Source of the DNA: Pseudomonadota bacterium
GTDB taxonomy: Bacteria; Pseudomonadota; Alphaproteobacteria; Reyranellales; Reyranellaceae
NCBI GenBank assembly: GCA_020160995.1
Contig: JAIUOY010000078.1
Location: 2,151 to 66,150, forward strand
Reading direction: 5' to 3'
Length of the DNA: 64,000 bases
How positions within the stretch are numbered: position 1 is the first letter of the stretch; the number at the start of each line of letters is the position of its first letter. A program made the position numbers and the translations under genes. Positions 1-9,107 of the stretch are shown here, one piece after another. The notes beneath the pieces are model-generated. The model worked only from the letters and a program-made list of their open reading frames with translations. It was not told where the DNA came from and made no database searches.

Positions 1-2
1 TC

Positions 3-173
3 TTTCGCGGCAAGCGCGACCTCGCGCCGTGGGGCGTCGCCATCGCCGTGGCGCTCGCGTCTAAATGGGCGATCGGCGGCAACTGGTACATCGTGATCGG
101 CGGCCTGGCGGGCGGCCTCTACGGCGCGCTGCGCGATTACAGGAAGACACCGCCCGGGAAGGCAACGTCGTGA
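3..173 (+). CDS. azlC: AzlC-family branched-chain amino acid exporter, 3' end (partial)
   Basis: Frame from nt 3 reads FRGKRDLAPWGVAIAVALASKWAIGGNWYIVIGGLAGGLYGAL..., a typical AzlC C-terminus; the TGA overlaps the GTG of the next gene. Confidence 0.7.
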   Translation, partial: FRGKRDLAPWGVAIAVALASKWAIGGNWYIVIGGLAGGLYGALRDYRKTPPGKATS

Positions 174-475
174 GCGCGAGCCCGGAAAACCTCGTCGCCA
201 TCTTCGTGATGGCGCTGGCGGCGATGGCGGCCAAGGGCGGCGGCTTCGTGGCCATGCGCTGGCTCGGCCGCCATCGCTTCGTCTCGGCATTGCTGGATCA
301 TGCGCCGGGCGCCGTGCTGGTGTCCGCGGCGGTCGTGCCCCTCACACAGGCGGGCGGCGCCTATTGGGCGGGCGCGGTGGCGGCCGCCGTGCTGACGCGC
401 ACGGCGGGCGGATTCACGCCGGGCCTGTTCGGCGCGGTCGGCGCCGTCGCCCTGGCGAGATGGGCCGGTCTCTAG
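170..475 (+). CDS. azlD: AzlD-domain membrane protein
   Basis: GTG start coupled to the azlC stop; small hydrophobic protein with LDHAPGAVLVS motif. Confidence 0.7.
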   Translation: MSASPENLVAIFVMALAAMAAKGGGFVAMRWLGRHRFVSALLDHAPGAVLVSAAVVPLTQAGGAYWAGAVAAAVLTRTAGGFTPGLFGAVGAVALARWAGL

Positions 476-514
476 AACGAAAGAGACAGAGCCGGCAAAA
501 GGAAGAACGGGAGT

Positions 515-694
515 TTAATGGGGCGGCGAGGCGCCGCTCAGTCGGACGATCTCGTCCTTGATCAACAGTTTTCGCTTCTTGAGGCTGCAGATCGCATCGT
601 CGTCGGGATGGGGACGCGTGCTCTCCGCGTCGATCGCGTGTTCCAGCGAAGCATGCTTGGCTTTGAGCGCTTCGATGTGGTCCACGGTGCTCAT
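515..694 (-). CDS. YdcH/DUF465 family protein
   Basis: HIEALKAKHASLEHAIDAESTRPHPDDDAICSLKKRKLLIKDEI matches the DUF465 pattern; start trimmed to ATG at 694. Confidence 0.85.
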   Translation of the reverse strand: MSTVDHIEALKAKHASLEHAIDAESTRPHPDDDAICSLKKRKLLIKDEIVRLSGASPPH

Positions 695-909
695 AGGCGA
701 CCTCCGAGCTGGTTGTGGATGGCTGACTCTGACTCCTGTTGGAGGGCGTGTCACGCCGAATCAGACATGGGGTGCGGTGACCATCCGCGCCTGTGTATAA
801 CCGCCGCAGGCGTTCGCCCCCGCCGCAAGAAAGGGTCCGCAAAACGGCGCTTTTCCAAGCGTTGCGCGCGGCAACCCGCGCCCGCGACGGGGCTGCAGCT
901 CGGGCCGGA

Positions 910-937
910 TTGTAAGGTTGGACTTGTAAGGTTGGAC
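910..937. repeat. 14-bp tandem repeat TTGTAAGGTTGGAC x2
   Basis: Exact copies at 910-923 and 924-937 in the intergenic region. Confidence 0.85.
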
Positions 938-1254
938 GACGTGCGGCGACTCGCGGATGTGGCAACTCCAATCGGCGATCCCTCCGCTGCGACGTCGAGC
1001 GGGTCGTACCGCACCAAGCGAATGGTTTGGCCCCCCGGCTCCCTGCTGCAGCTCGAAGCGACCGCCCACGGCATCCCAGCGCAACGCTGATACGAGCCGC
1101 CGACGTCGTATCAAAGGAACGCCGCAAAGCAGACTTGGTTGCCCGACAATCGCCGCAAGAAGGTCCGCGCCGTACGATTCTTCAAATCGCGGGCATCGAC
1201 GACACGCCGCTCGCCAGGCTCGACCCTCCTCCCCCGCCGACGACGGTGGAGGAG

Positions 1255-1743
1255 TCAGGAGCGGCAGGCTTGCGTCAGCTTCTCGACGTGGGCGCGATCC
1301 TGGTCGGTGGTCGCGTAGGTCTTTATCTCTTTCCCGCCGACGGTCAGGGTGAAGCCGCCCTGCAGCAGGTCGGCGAGCGCGGGCGTCATGGTGGTCAGGC
1401 CGTCGACCACATAGCTGCCGTTGAACATCTGCCCGGTCGCATCGATCGACACCGAGGCGGCGCCGCGCGACAGGACGAGCTTCGTCGGCGTCTTGCCGTC
1501 GGGACCCTTGCCCTCGGGCCGGAAGGCGACGACGGCGTCGGTGTAGCCCTTCGTGCAGGACACCGAAAAGCTCACATGGGTCGGCTCGTAGAAAGCGAGG
1601 TCGAGCGTGGGCGCCAGCTCCTCGTGCAGGAACCAGCCCTTGGGGATCGCCTTGGCCGTCTGCGCCCAGGCGCCGATGGAGACGGCGACGGCGCCGGCAG
1701 CGATTGCAACCGACAGGAGCGCAGCCCGCGACCACAGCGACAT
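1255..1743 (-). CDS. Exported hypothetical protein
   Basis: Signal peptide ending ...GAWAQ; host-like codon usage. Confidence 0.7.
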   Translation of the reverse strand: MSLWSRAALLSVAIAAGAVAVSIGAWAQTAKAIPKGWFLHEELAPTLDLAFYEPTHVSFSVSCTKGYTDAVVAFRPEGKGPDGKTPTKLVLSRGAASVSIDATGQMFNGSYVVDGLTTMTPALADLLQGGFTLTVGGKEIKTYATTDQDRAHVEKLTQACRS

Positions 1744-1824
1744 GAAGATCCCCCCCCGCTTCGCCGCAAACGAAACACCATCGCGGTTGCAGGAGCAAGC
1801 CCCTCCTCGCCCGGCCGCACTGTC

Positions 1825-1876
1825 GTCGTCGGTCGCCGTCGTCGGTCGCCCTCGTCGGTCGCCGTCGTCGGTCGAA
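1825..1876. repeat. 13-bp tandem repeat GTCGTCGGTCGCC x about 4
   Basis: Four near-identical units with no spacers. Confidence 0.8.
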
Positions 1877-1882
1877 GCAGAT

Positions 1883-2473
1883 TTACGCCTTCAGCCCCAC
1901 CGCCTCGGCGATCTCCTGCGGCAGCAGCGCGGGAAAGGTCGCGCGCATGAGGGCGGCGACGGCCGTGCGATCCTTGTCGTCGGGCGCGACGCCCAGGCAC
2001 ACGGCATAGACGCCGAGATTGCCCACCGCGGCGCGCATCCGCTTCTCCGGCGGATCGTCGCGATGCAGCGCGCGGTCGGCCGCGGCGGCGTAGAGGGTCG
2101 CCAGTTCGAGCTGCTCGGCATGCTCGGCCGCCAGCTCGGCATCGGCGACGCGGCGGCGCACCGCGTCGACGGTCTCGGGCAGCGCGCGCCCCGAAAACAG
2201 GTGGGCCCAGCTGCCGTCCTTGAGCTTGCGCCGGATCGCGCGCAGCGGCTTCACCACGTCGGCCTGCCAGACGTCGCTGGCCTTCAGGATCGCGCGCAGC
2301 CGGTCGGCGGAAAGCGTCGGCCGCCCCGACGCCGCCAGCCAGCAGCAGAACAGCAGCACGTTGACGTCGCAGCCGCGCCGCTCCTGCAGATCCAGACACG
2401 CCTCCGCCACGCCCTCGGCCCCGTAGAGTTCGAGCGAAAAATTCCAGAACGGATGCGGCAGGAAATCGGACAC
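1883..2473 (-). CDS. TIGR02444 family protein
   Basis: FWNFSLELYGAEGVAEACLDLQERRGCDVNVLLFCCW motif; GTG start chosen at 2473. Confidence 0.85.
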   Translation of the reverse strand: MSDFLPHPFWNFSLELYGAEGVAEACLDLQERRGCDVNVLLFCCWLAASGRPTLSADRLRAILKASDVWQADVVKPLRAIRRKLKDGSWAHLFSGRALPETVDAVRRRVADAELAAEHAEQLELATLYAAAADRALHRDDPPEKRMRAAVGNLGVYAVCLGVAPDDKDRTAVAALMRATFPALLPQEIAEAVGLKA

Positions 2474-2583
2474 GGAGGGGGTTCTACAGGCTGGGGGCGC
2501 GCGACTCCAGTACACCGGCGAGACTCAGCCCGCCGCTGCGAAATACACTATGCCTCGGTCGACAAGTTGCCTGTGTGCCTTAG

Positions 2584-4140
2584 TCAATTCTTCATAGAAC
2601 TATTGCAATACGGATGGACGAGCTGCCCATTGTCAGCGTGGCCCAATCCACCGTCCTGTACGCGTTGAATATGGTCATAAGAAACAGACTTCGCTGTATC
2701 TAGCAGACCGCCACAAATCGGGCACACAGGAGCCTTTTCGATGTGAGTACGATAGGCAATCTGAGATTTAGTGTCATCGGAAAATGAGGTGCTCTGAGGC
2801 TTACCAATTACGTCATAGATTTTGCCCTTCATGCCGAGGTGGGCGATGACGCCCGTCGGCGTAAGCTCACGCTCTGCCACTGCCTCATTGACTAGGTATT
2901 CAAACAGATCACGCATCCGAGGAATGCGTTGCTGCTTCCCAAGATTCTGCAAGACGATGCCGATGAGTGACTTGTTGTCGATCAAGAATCGCTCGATTGC
3001 CTTCCGGCCCACAGTGAACTTCTTGAACCAAGCGCCGTCATTGTTGCGCAGCTTTTCGGTTACGATGGCGGCCATGCCCAAGAAAAGAAACCGACTGTGC
3101 TTGCCCTTGTCGTTAGTAAAATAAACCGCTGGATGTAACCCTAGACTCTCTGCCTGGTTACTCGTCATGCGCCTGGCGATCTTGATGGCCGCCTTCATGG
3201 TCCTAACGGTCTCTTCGCCGGTTTCGTCATCCCCGTAGGACGATGGCGGATCAATCTTGTCCCTGCTTTTGCTGTTAACGACAGCAAGAAAGTCGATGAG
3301 CACCGACAGGGCATCTACCGGCGACGCGGAACCTCCTAACGGAAGATCCAGAGTCTTAAGGGGAATGTTGGGCTGAGGCTCGAAGAGCATCCTGTGCAAT
3401 TCGGCGGCGATGGCTTTTGTCTCAGCTTGCTTCTGCTCTCCGAAGGCCGAAGCATAGTTATGCCCGAAGCCCGCACGCACGATTGAGCGAGCGCCGATAG
3501 CGAGAGGCGTGCGCCGATATCGAATAAGCAGCTCCTCAGTTTCATCCAGTGGAGTGCCCTGCTGGTTGATCGCAAAAAACGAGTCTTCAGCTGTCTTGGC
3601 GGTGCCAATAACGGTCTGCAGCTGGATTGGCCGTGTGAACATTCGGCTCGCTCTACGTGCCGTAACGCTTTCCGAAGGCTTACCGATCAACTGCTCAAGT
3701 TCTTTGAACGGGTCGGCATGTGACATAATCAAAGCTCGCACGCGTTTCGCCATCGCGACTTGCTCTTTGGAAACCTCGCCGGAATAGAAATCCTTCGAGA
3801 TTGTTCCGTCGCCGTAGTCGTCCGATAGCCACGCGCAGAGAGCGCTAAGGCGGTGCGCGCCGTCGATCACAAATATGAAGTTCGCAGAGGGCCACAGGAT
3901 GAGAGATGGAATTACGTCGCCATCAAGAAAGCTCTTGATGAACTTTGTAACCTGGTCAGGTGACCAGTGGTTGGTTTCGCGCTGAAAATCCGGCTTCCGC
4001 AATAGCCGACGGATAGGCGAACCAGGAAGGAGTTGGGAAAGCTGAAGCTCGCGGATCGATTCCGGCTGAGCCGCGTCCTGGATTTCTCGCGCAAAATCTT
4101 CGCGCTGAATCATGGCGTCTAAGTTTACCCGTCGTGCCAT
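2584..4140 (-). CDS. GmrSD-like nuclease (DUF262/ParB-like N-terminus + C-terminal HNH)
   Basis: KPDFQRETNHW...IPSLILW...VIDGAHRLSAL (DUF262) and CPICG...DHIQRVQDGG...NGQLVHPYCN (HNH); visibly lower GC than flanks. Confidence 0.75.
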   Translation of the reverse strand: MARRVNLDAMIQREDFAREIQDAAQPESIRELQLSQLLPGSPIRRLLRKPDFQRETNHWSPDQVTKFIKSFLDGDVIPSLILWPSANFIFVIDGAHRLSALCAWLSDDYGDGTISKDFYSGEVSKEQVAMAKRVRALIMSHADPFKELEQLIGKPSESVTARRASRMFTRPIQLQTVIGTAKTAEDSFFAINQQGTPLDETEELLIRYRRTPLAIGARSIVRAGFGHNYASAFGEQKQAETKAIAAELHRMLFEPQPNIPLKTLDLPLGGSASPVDALSVLIDFLAVVNSKSRDKIDPPSSYGDDETGEETVRTMKAAIKIARRMTSNQAESLGLHPAVYFTNDKGKHSRFLFLGMAAIVTEKLRNNDGAWFKKFTVGRKAIERFLIDNKSLIGIVLQNLGKQQRIPRMRDLFEYLVNEAVAERELTPTGVIAHLGMKGKIYDVIGKPQSTSFSDDTKSQIAYRTHIEKAPVCPICGGLLDTAKSVSYDHIQRVQDGGLGHADNGQLVHPYCNSSMKN

Positions 4141-4423
4141 AGGTTTCCTTTTCGCCCCTTCTACCGCTGTTGCCAGAGGAACGTAGACGTCGTCCCAATC
4201 TAGCGAAACGCATGCACCCGCGACCGCTGCAAACACGCGCATGAAGGCTTCTCAACCGGGCGGTCCTCCCAATTTTATGGCGAGCATCATATACCGGAGG
4301 ACCACCCCGGCACTTGAAAGACCAGCTCGATGCGCGGCAACTGAATACCGTCACGAGATTATTCTCTCAAGTATACAATGCCCCAATTGCACGAACTGCT
4401 TCAGCTGGATTAACACCGGCTTC

Positions 4424-4817
4424 CACCCTTAGAGACGCCCTTCTACGAAGCGCTCCTCAGGATGAGGAAATACAAGGGCCTGGCCCCTCACCCGTACACC
4501 ACGCACACCGCGTTGCAGTCGACGATCTCGGCCGGCGTGTCGGCGGTGAGCGTGCCGGCGTCGCGGGCGGCGGGCACGAGGGCGAGCAGGCGTTGCTTCA
4601 GCGTTTCGAGGCCCGCGTCGTTGGGCCCGGCCTCGTGCGGTTCGACGGCGAGGTCGACGGCGAGACGGATCTTCTTCTGGCTCATGTGATTCCCCTTCCA
4701 CAGTTCGCCTCACCCTGAGGAGCGCTTCGCAGAAGCGCGTCTCGAAGGGTCGGCAACAGCATGACTGGCTCCCACCCTTCGAGACGCCGCGCGTTGCGCG
4801 GCTCCTCAGGGTGAGGG
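4424..4817. repeat. Palindromic repeat family A (CCTCAYCCTGAGGAG...GTCTCGAAGGRTG), three copies
   Basis: Copies at 4424-4467, 4708-4750 and 4773-4817; the last two are an inverted pair. Confidence 0.85.
4488..4685 (-). CDS. Small hypothetical phage protein
   Basis: 65-aa ORF between repeat copies, co-oriented with phage genes. Confidence 0.5.
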   Translation of the reverse strand: MSQKKIRLAVDLAVEPHEAGPNDAGLETLKQRLLALVPAARDAGTLTADTPAEIVDCNAVCVVYG

Positions 4818-5007
4818 CTAAACAAGCAGGTCGCCGGGCAGACCCTCCTTGGTCGTTCAGCCCTCCTTGGCTGGCCCGGCTTCCCGTTGCAGCGACCTTC
4901 CCCGGTCACCGAAACCTTCGACGAAACCTTGCGGCGATCATCCGACGCACAGCCGGTGAAACGCGAATCCTGCGCGCCGAACAATTTTGCAGATCAGCTC
5001 TCCTCGC

Positions 5008-5718
5008 CTAGCTCTCCTCAACCGTCAGCATCAGGTCGGGGAAGTTCTGCTCGAACACGGCGAGCGTCGCCTCCCAGCCGATCGCCGCCATGTGCGCCTT
5101 GAACTGCGCGTCGGAAATCGCCGGCGGAAGCGTCGGGAGGTTCGTCGCCGCCGTCGAGGCCGGCGCCGCGACGCGGTTCGCTGCCGCGCCGCCTTCACTT
5201 GCAGCACCGCTGCCCATCGCGACGCCCTTCGCTTCCTGCACCAGCGCGTGCAGCTTCAGCACCGTCATGCCCTCGGCGGCGGCGGTGGCCAGCCAGTCGC
5301 GCGCATTGTCGCGGTCGACGACGCCGACCAGCTCCTTCAGCTTCGACCAGCCGACCGGCCGCAGCTCCTGCCAGGTGAGGCCGAGATCGATCACGCTCTC
5401 GTAGATCGCGGCGAGATAGAGCGCCTTGCGCAGCTTGAAGCCGTGCCGCGCCTCGACGTAGCTGCGGAAGTCGGGATAGCCGGCGCCGCGATACCAGCGC
5501 TCGCGATGGATGCGCGCCAGCAGGCCGCCGAGACGAAAGGCATCGAAGTCGCTCGCCTCGGCGATCTCCGCCGCCAGCCGGTGCGCCTGCGCTTCGGAAA
5601 CATTCTCGATCTCGTGCGCGGTGCAGGTCAGCGGATCGGGCGCCAGCACGTCGCCTTTCAAGGCGCGCGCGAGCGGGACATGAGTCCCGGAGAGGGGAGT
5701 CTTGGTCGCAAGGTGCAT
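5008..5718 (-). CDS. Hypothetical phage protein (DUF3102-like helical motif)
   Basis: LGGLLARIHRERWY...YPDFRSYVEARHGFKLRKALYL...GWSKLKEL resembles phage DUF3102-type proteins. Confidence 0.6.
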   Translation of the reverse strand: MHLATKTPLSGTHVPLARALKGDVLAPDPLTCTAHEIENVSEAQAHRLAAEIAEASDFDAFRLGGLLARIHRERWYRGAGYPDFRSYVEARHGFKLRKALYLAAIYESVIDLGLTWQELRPVGWSKLKELVGVVDRDNARDWLATAAAEGMTVLKLHALVQEAKGVAMGSGAASEGGAAANRVAAPASTAATNLPTLPPAISDAQFKAHMAAIGWEATLAVFEQNFPDLMLTVEES

Positions 5719-5728
5719 CGTGTCGCCT

Positions 5729-5998
5729 CTAGCGGAGGAAGGCTTGCGTCGGTGCGGCGAAGGCCGCGGGATAGCGCGTGACGCCGCGCGTCGCCTTGAA
5801 GCGGCGGATGGCGTCGCGTTCCTCCTCGGGCGTGAGCCGCGGCTGGCGTGCCAGCTTTGCCATCAGCAGGCGGTTGGCGATCAGTTCGGCGGAACGACGC
5901 TTGTATTCCGCGCCGTTGCGGCCCGCCGCGCCTTCGCTTTCGCGTGCGACGGGCAGGGAAGACGGCGCAACTCCGCGCCGCACGATGACGACAGGCAT
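5729..5998 (-). CDS. Hypothetical phage protein
   Basis: ATG 8 nt downstream of a CCAAGGAGGG ribosome-binding site. Confidence 0.55.
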   Translation of the reverse strand: MPVVIVRRGVAPSSLPVARESEGAAGRNGAEYKRRSAELIANRLLMAKLARQPRLTPEEERDAIRRFKATRGVTRYPAAFAAPTQAFLR

Positions 5999-6030
5999 TC
6001 CAGCGACCCTCCTTGGTCTTTGCCAGAGTT

Positions 6031-6402
6031 TTACTTCTGCAACGTTTCTCCCGAAGCGCAAGGAATCCCGCTTAAGGAGGATTCCGGTTGCGGCGTGCAA
6101 TCGAGAGGCGTGCAAGCGATTGCAAGCCCCACCACCTGCAACGCGGCGCGCAGGTTGCCGATGTTGGGCGTGCGCTGGCCGCGCGCCCACGCGCCGATCG
6201 TGTCCTTGCCCAGCCCGGCATCGAGCGACACCTGTTCGCGCGCCAGCCCCCTCTTCTCGATCTCGCCGACAAGGCGATGCACCAGCGGATCGAGCGCGGT
6301 GCTGTGCGGCGTGGTTGTGGGGGCAGCGTCATGACCCCTCCGCCCTGTATGACAGGGCACCTCCCCCGCCGACGGGGGAGGAAGTTTGAGCGCGACGCTC
6401 AC
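6031..6402 (-). CDS. XRE-family helix-turn-helix protein with in-frame palindromic repeat near the N-terminus
   Basis: IEKRGLAREQVSLDAGLGKDTIGAWARGQRTPNIGNLRAAL is an HTH_3 pattern; GTG overlaps the ssb stop (GTGA). Confidence 0.7.
   Translation of the reverse strand: MSVALKLPPPSAGEVPCHTGRRGHDAAPTTTPHSTALDPLVHRLVGEIEKRGLAREQVSLDAGLGKDTIGAWARGQRTPNIGNLRAALQVVGLAIACTPLDCTPQPESSLSGIPCASGETLQK
6331..6381. repeat. Palindromic repeat family C (ACCCCTCCGCCCTGTATGACAGGGCACCTCCCC...GGGGAGG)
   Basis: Same core as copies at 9837, 10929, 25409 and 61381. Confidence 0.85.
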
Positions 6403-7214
6403 AGGCGCTCCGCGAGTCTTGCGACGTCGTAGCTGCGCGGCGCGAAGGCCGGCGCGGCGACAGGGGCGGCGGCGGGCGCGCGGCCGAGGCCCAGCGCGAT
6501 CAGGCGCGAGGCCGGCAGGTAGGGAAACTCCTGCTCGTAGTCGGCCGGCACGCCCTCGGCGCCGTAGCGTTCGGCCAGCGCGTCGAGCGGCGTGCGGTCG
6601 AGGAACTCGAACTCGGTGCCGACGCCGGGCGACAGGCCGTCGCCGCTGTCGAGCCGCGTCACCGCCAGGGTTGCGCCGGCCAGGCCCTCGCTGCCGAGCG
6701 TCGACGCCTTGAGCTGCAACTTCGCCAGCGTGCCCTTCTTGGCGACGAACAGCTTGCGCTGGTCGACCACGACGGTGCCCGCGCGGGGGCCGCGGCGGAT
6801 CGTGTAGGGCCGGTGGTCGATCACCGTGAAGGCCGCCACCAGCGCCGGCGGCCGGCCGCTGTCGCAGATCGGGCACGGCTCGCTGCCGCCGCCACTCCCC
6901 ATACCGTTGACGCACACGAAGGTCGCCCAGCGCCCGGCGAGCTGCACCGCATGTTCGTAGAGGCTGGGCACCGCCAGCAATCCATCCTCGTCGAGCGCGC
7001 CGTCGAGGAAGGTGATGCGCGCCGGCTCGTTCACGTCGATGCGAAAGCGATGCAGGCGGCGCTGCGCCTCGCGCCGCACCTCCTGCTCCGCGGCATCGCG
7101 CGCATAGGCGTCGTGGGCGGCCTTGCCGCGCAGCATCCAGCTCGGCGTGGAGGCAGAGCCGGGCGCGGGCGTTGCAGGCATCGGGGAAACGAAATCGGAA
7201 GCGACGTTGGACAT
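6399..7214 (-). CDS. Phage single-stranded DNA-binding protein (gp32-like, CPIC motif)
   Basis: ARITFLDG...LYEHAVQ...FVC...EPCPICD...AFTVIDHR...RKLFVAKK; AAGGAGG site before ATG 7214; replication-module context. Confidence 0.6.
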   Translation of the reverse strand: MSNVASDFVSPMPATPAPGSASTPSWMLRGKAAHDAYARDAAEQEVRREAQRRLHRFRIDVNEPARITFLDGALDEDGLLAVPSLYEHAVQLAGRWATFVCVNGMGSGGGSEPCPICDSGRPPALVAAFTVIDHRPYTIRRGPRAGTVVVDQRKLFVAKKGTLAKLQLKASTLGSEGLAGATLAVTRLDSGDGLSPGVGTEFEFLDRTPLDALAERYGAEGVPADYEQEFPYLPASRLIALGLGRAPAAAPVAAPAFAPRSYDVARLAERL

Positions 7215-7459
7215 CGAACGGTCCTCCTTGACCGATGGATACGGATGAACAGCGAACGCTTCCGACGTGTAGCCGCTCTCCGCAATCCTGCAAGCTTTGT
7301 GTCGCATGAGTTCATGCGTGCAATCGACTGGAGCTTGCATTTTTTGGACGATCAAACCACCAGCCGTATTTGACTACCCCGATCATAAACCGGCCTTGGC
7401 AACCATGCGTTGCTGTCCTTCCAACTTCCACATACCCTGTAGCTATGGGAGGTGGAGAA

Positions 7460-7966
7460 ATGGTGGACATCGTTACGGACGGCCAGATTCAAGGACTGCG
7501 GGAGCTTCCAAAAAAATTGGTCAACCCGAGAGCGCGGCAAAAGCATACAGAGCGGTTCATCACGCACGATTTCAAAGTGGAAAGCCTCGACGGCACCCAG
7601 AAATTCAGCATCTACAAACGCCAGAATCTGGCGGACTCCACGGACTTCTCAGTCGGAATTCGATGGGAAGGGCGAAGTGCCGAAATCACATTGGCACGTT
7701 ACAATGGCTCCAGCCATGAACATACCAATCACATTGAGGGCGATAAACTCTCCCATGTCTGCCATGTGCATCACGCGACCGAACGATATCAGATGGCGGA
7801 TCGCAAGCCGGAAGGGTACGCTACGGCCACTTCTGATTATATGAGCCTTGACGGAGCGTTTCGGTGTTTACTCGCCGATTGGAATATTCAGCAACCCAAC
7901 GCACCGGAGCCTTCCGGGCAGTCGGGCGATTGCCTGTTCGACGACGCTCCCAATGATGGAACGTGA
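7460..7966 (+). CDS. His-rich putative nuclease/toxin (DUF6978-like)
   Basis: LARYNGSSHEHTNHIE...CHVHHATERY motif; lower GC; ATGA-coupled to the next gene. Confidence 0.55.
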   Translation: MVDIVTDGQIQGLRELPKKLVNPRARQKHTERFITHDFKVESLDGTQKFSIYKRQNLADSTDFSVGIRWEGRSAEITLARYNGSSHEHTNHIEGDKLSHVCHVHHATERYQMADRKPEGYATATSDYMSLDGAFRCLLADWNIQQPNAPEPSGQSGDCLFDDAPNDGT

Positions 7967-8742
7967 TGGCTGATCTTTATACTGACATGGAGAAGTCGCT
8001 CTGCGAGGCGCTATGCGCGGAGGTGCGCATTGTCGCCCGTCCAAACAACGTGTTCGCTGTTTCAACCCCGTTGACCTTTCCGGATGGCGATAGCCTTCCG
8101 ATTTTCCTTCGCCGCCTCCCAGAAGGAGGCGTTGAGTTTACCGACATGGGCAATTCGCTCATGAGGTTAAGCTACGAGACCGATGCGCCGGCTCTCCGCG
8201 AAGGAACACGTGGCCGCATTCTATCTCAGTTGCTGGCCGAATTCGGCCTGGAGGACAGGAGGGGGGAGCTAGTGCTAGCTGTTCCTGGCCATCAGACTGG
8301 GCTAGGTGTCTTTAAGTTCAGCCAAGCACTCACTCGCGTTCATGACTTATCATTTCTTAATCGAGTGAATGTTGAGAGCACGTTCTACGAGGATCTTCGA
8401 AAGGACCTTGAGGAGATTGTTGGCGATCGTCGAATGATCTTGAACTACACGGTTCCGGCAATCGGGCCAGACTATCCAATCGACTACTTCATCCCCGGGT
8501 CGCGTCTGCCGCTTTATGTATTTGGGGTTCCGAATCAGGATAAAGCGAGACTAGCGACAATCGTACTTCAGCATTTATTGAGTAACGGTCAAATTTTCGA
8601 TTCCGCCGTAGTCTTCCGCGACGCTGACCTACTGCCTCGGAGAGATTTCAACCGATTGGCCAACGTTGCAAACGATATTGTAACATCCGCCGATGCAACC
8701 GAAGACTTGACGAGAAAAATTAAGCATAGGCTTGCCGCTTAG
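7963..8742 (+). CDS. DUF1828/DUF1829-like protein
   Basis: VSTPLTFPDGDSLPIFL...FTDMGNSLMRL N-terminal pattern; C-terminal PIDYFIP region is restriction-endonuclease-like. Confidence 0.65.
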   Translation: MMADLYTDMEKSLCEALCAEVRIVARPNNVFAVSTPLTFPDGDSLPIFLRRLPEGGVEFTDMGNSLMRLSYETDAPALREGTRGRILSQLLAEFGLEDRRGELVLAVPGHQTGLGVFKFSQALTRVHDLSFLNRVNVESTFYEDLRKDLEEIVGDRRMILNYTVPAIGPDYPIDYFIPGSRLPLYVFGVPNQDKARLATIVLQHLLSNGQIFDSAVVFRDADLLPRRDFNRLANVANDIVTSADATEDLTRKIKHRLAA

Positions 8743-9107
8743 GGGCGCGAGCATTGTAGGCGTGGAAACGGCAACAGCGTCGTTCGGAGCAATCGACATC
8801 GAGTGGTCCTCCTTGATCGGTGAATCGTGAATGCCGTCAGGAGTAGCCGCAATCCTGCAAGCTTTGTGTCGGTGCCTCGATGTTTGACGGGCGCCGCGCG
8901 CTGTTTCATACAACCCGCATGATCGAGAAGGACACCCACATCGTTGCCCGGCCGGCCGGTATCCCCTTGGCGGGATGCCGGGAAGCGGATCGGACGAACT
9001 AGCAACGAACTAGCCACGCCGATTGTCTGTCTCGGCCTCGCCCCTCAGGGACGAGGCTTTTCGGCGTGGAAAAGTGCCTCGTCCTCCCTTTGTCTCTGGA
9101 GACGAAC

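Larger units (their letters stand above)
7210..8871. repeat. Diverged direct repeats of the ssb leader (7210-7304 and 8795-8871) flanking the two-gene cassette
   Basis: Shared GACATCGA, GGTCCTCCTTGA and an identical 25-mer CCGCAATCCTGCAAGCTTTGTGTCG (7280-7304; 8847-8871). Confidence 0.85.

Noticed and set aside
751-1254. Possible small gene or ncRNA between YdcH and the exported protein
   Set aside because: ORFs lack a ribosome-binding site and motifs, and no recognisable RNA family structure was found.
2474-4487. Integrase or att site at the left prophage boundary
   Set aside because: No recombinase ORF, tRNA or core repeat recognisable; the partner end would lie outside the window.
8629-8799. 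56-aa ORF from the duplicated ssb leader as a real gene
   Set aside because: Only the first residues resemble SSB and the rest is antisense to the DUF1828-like gene; treated as a relic.
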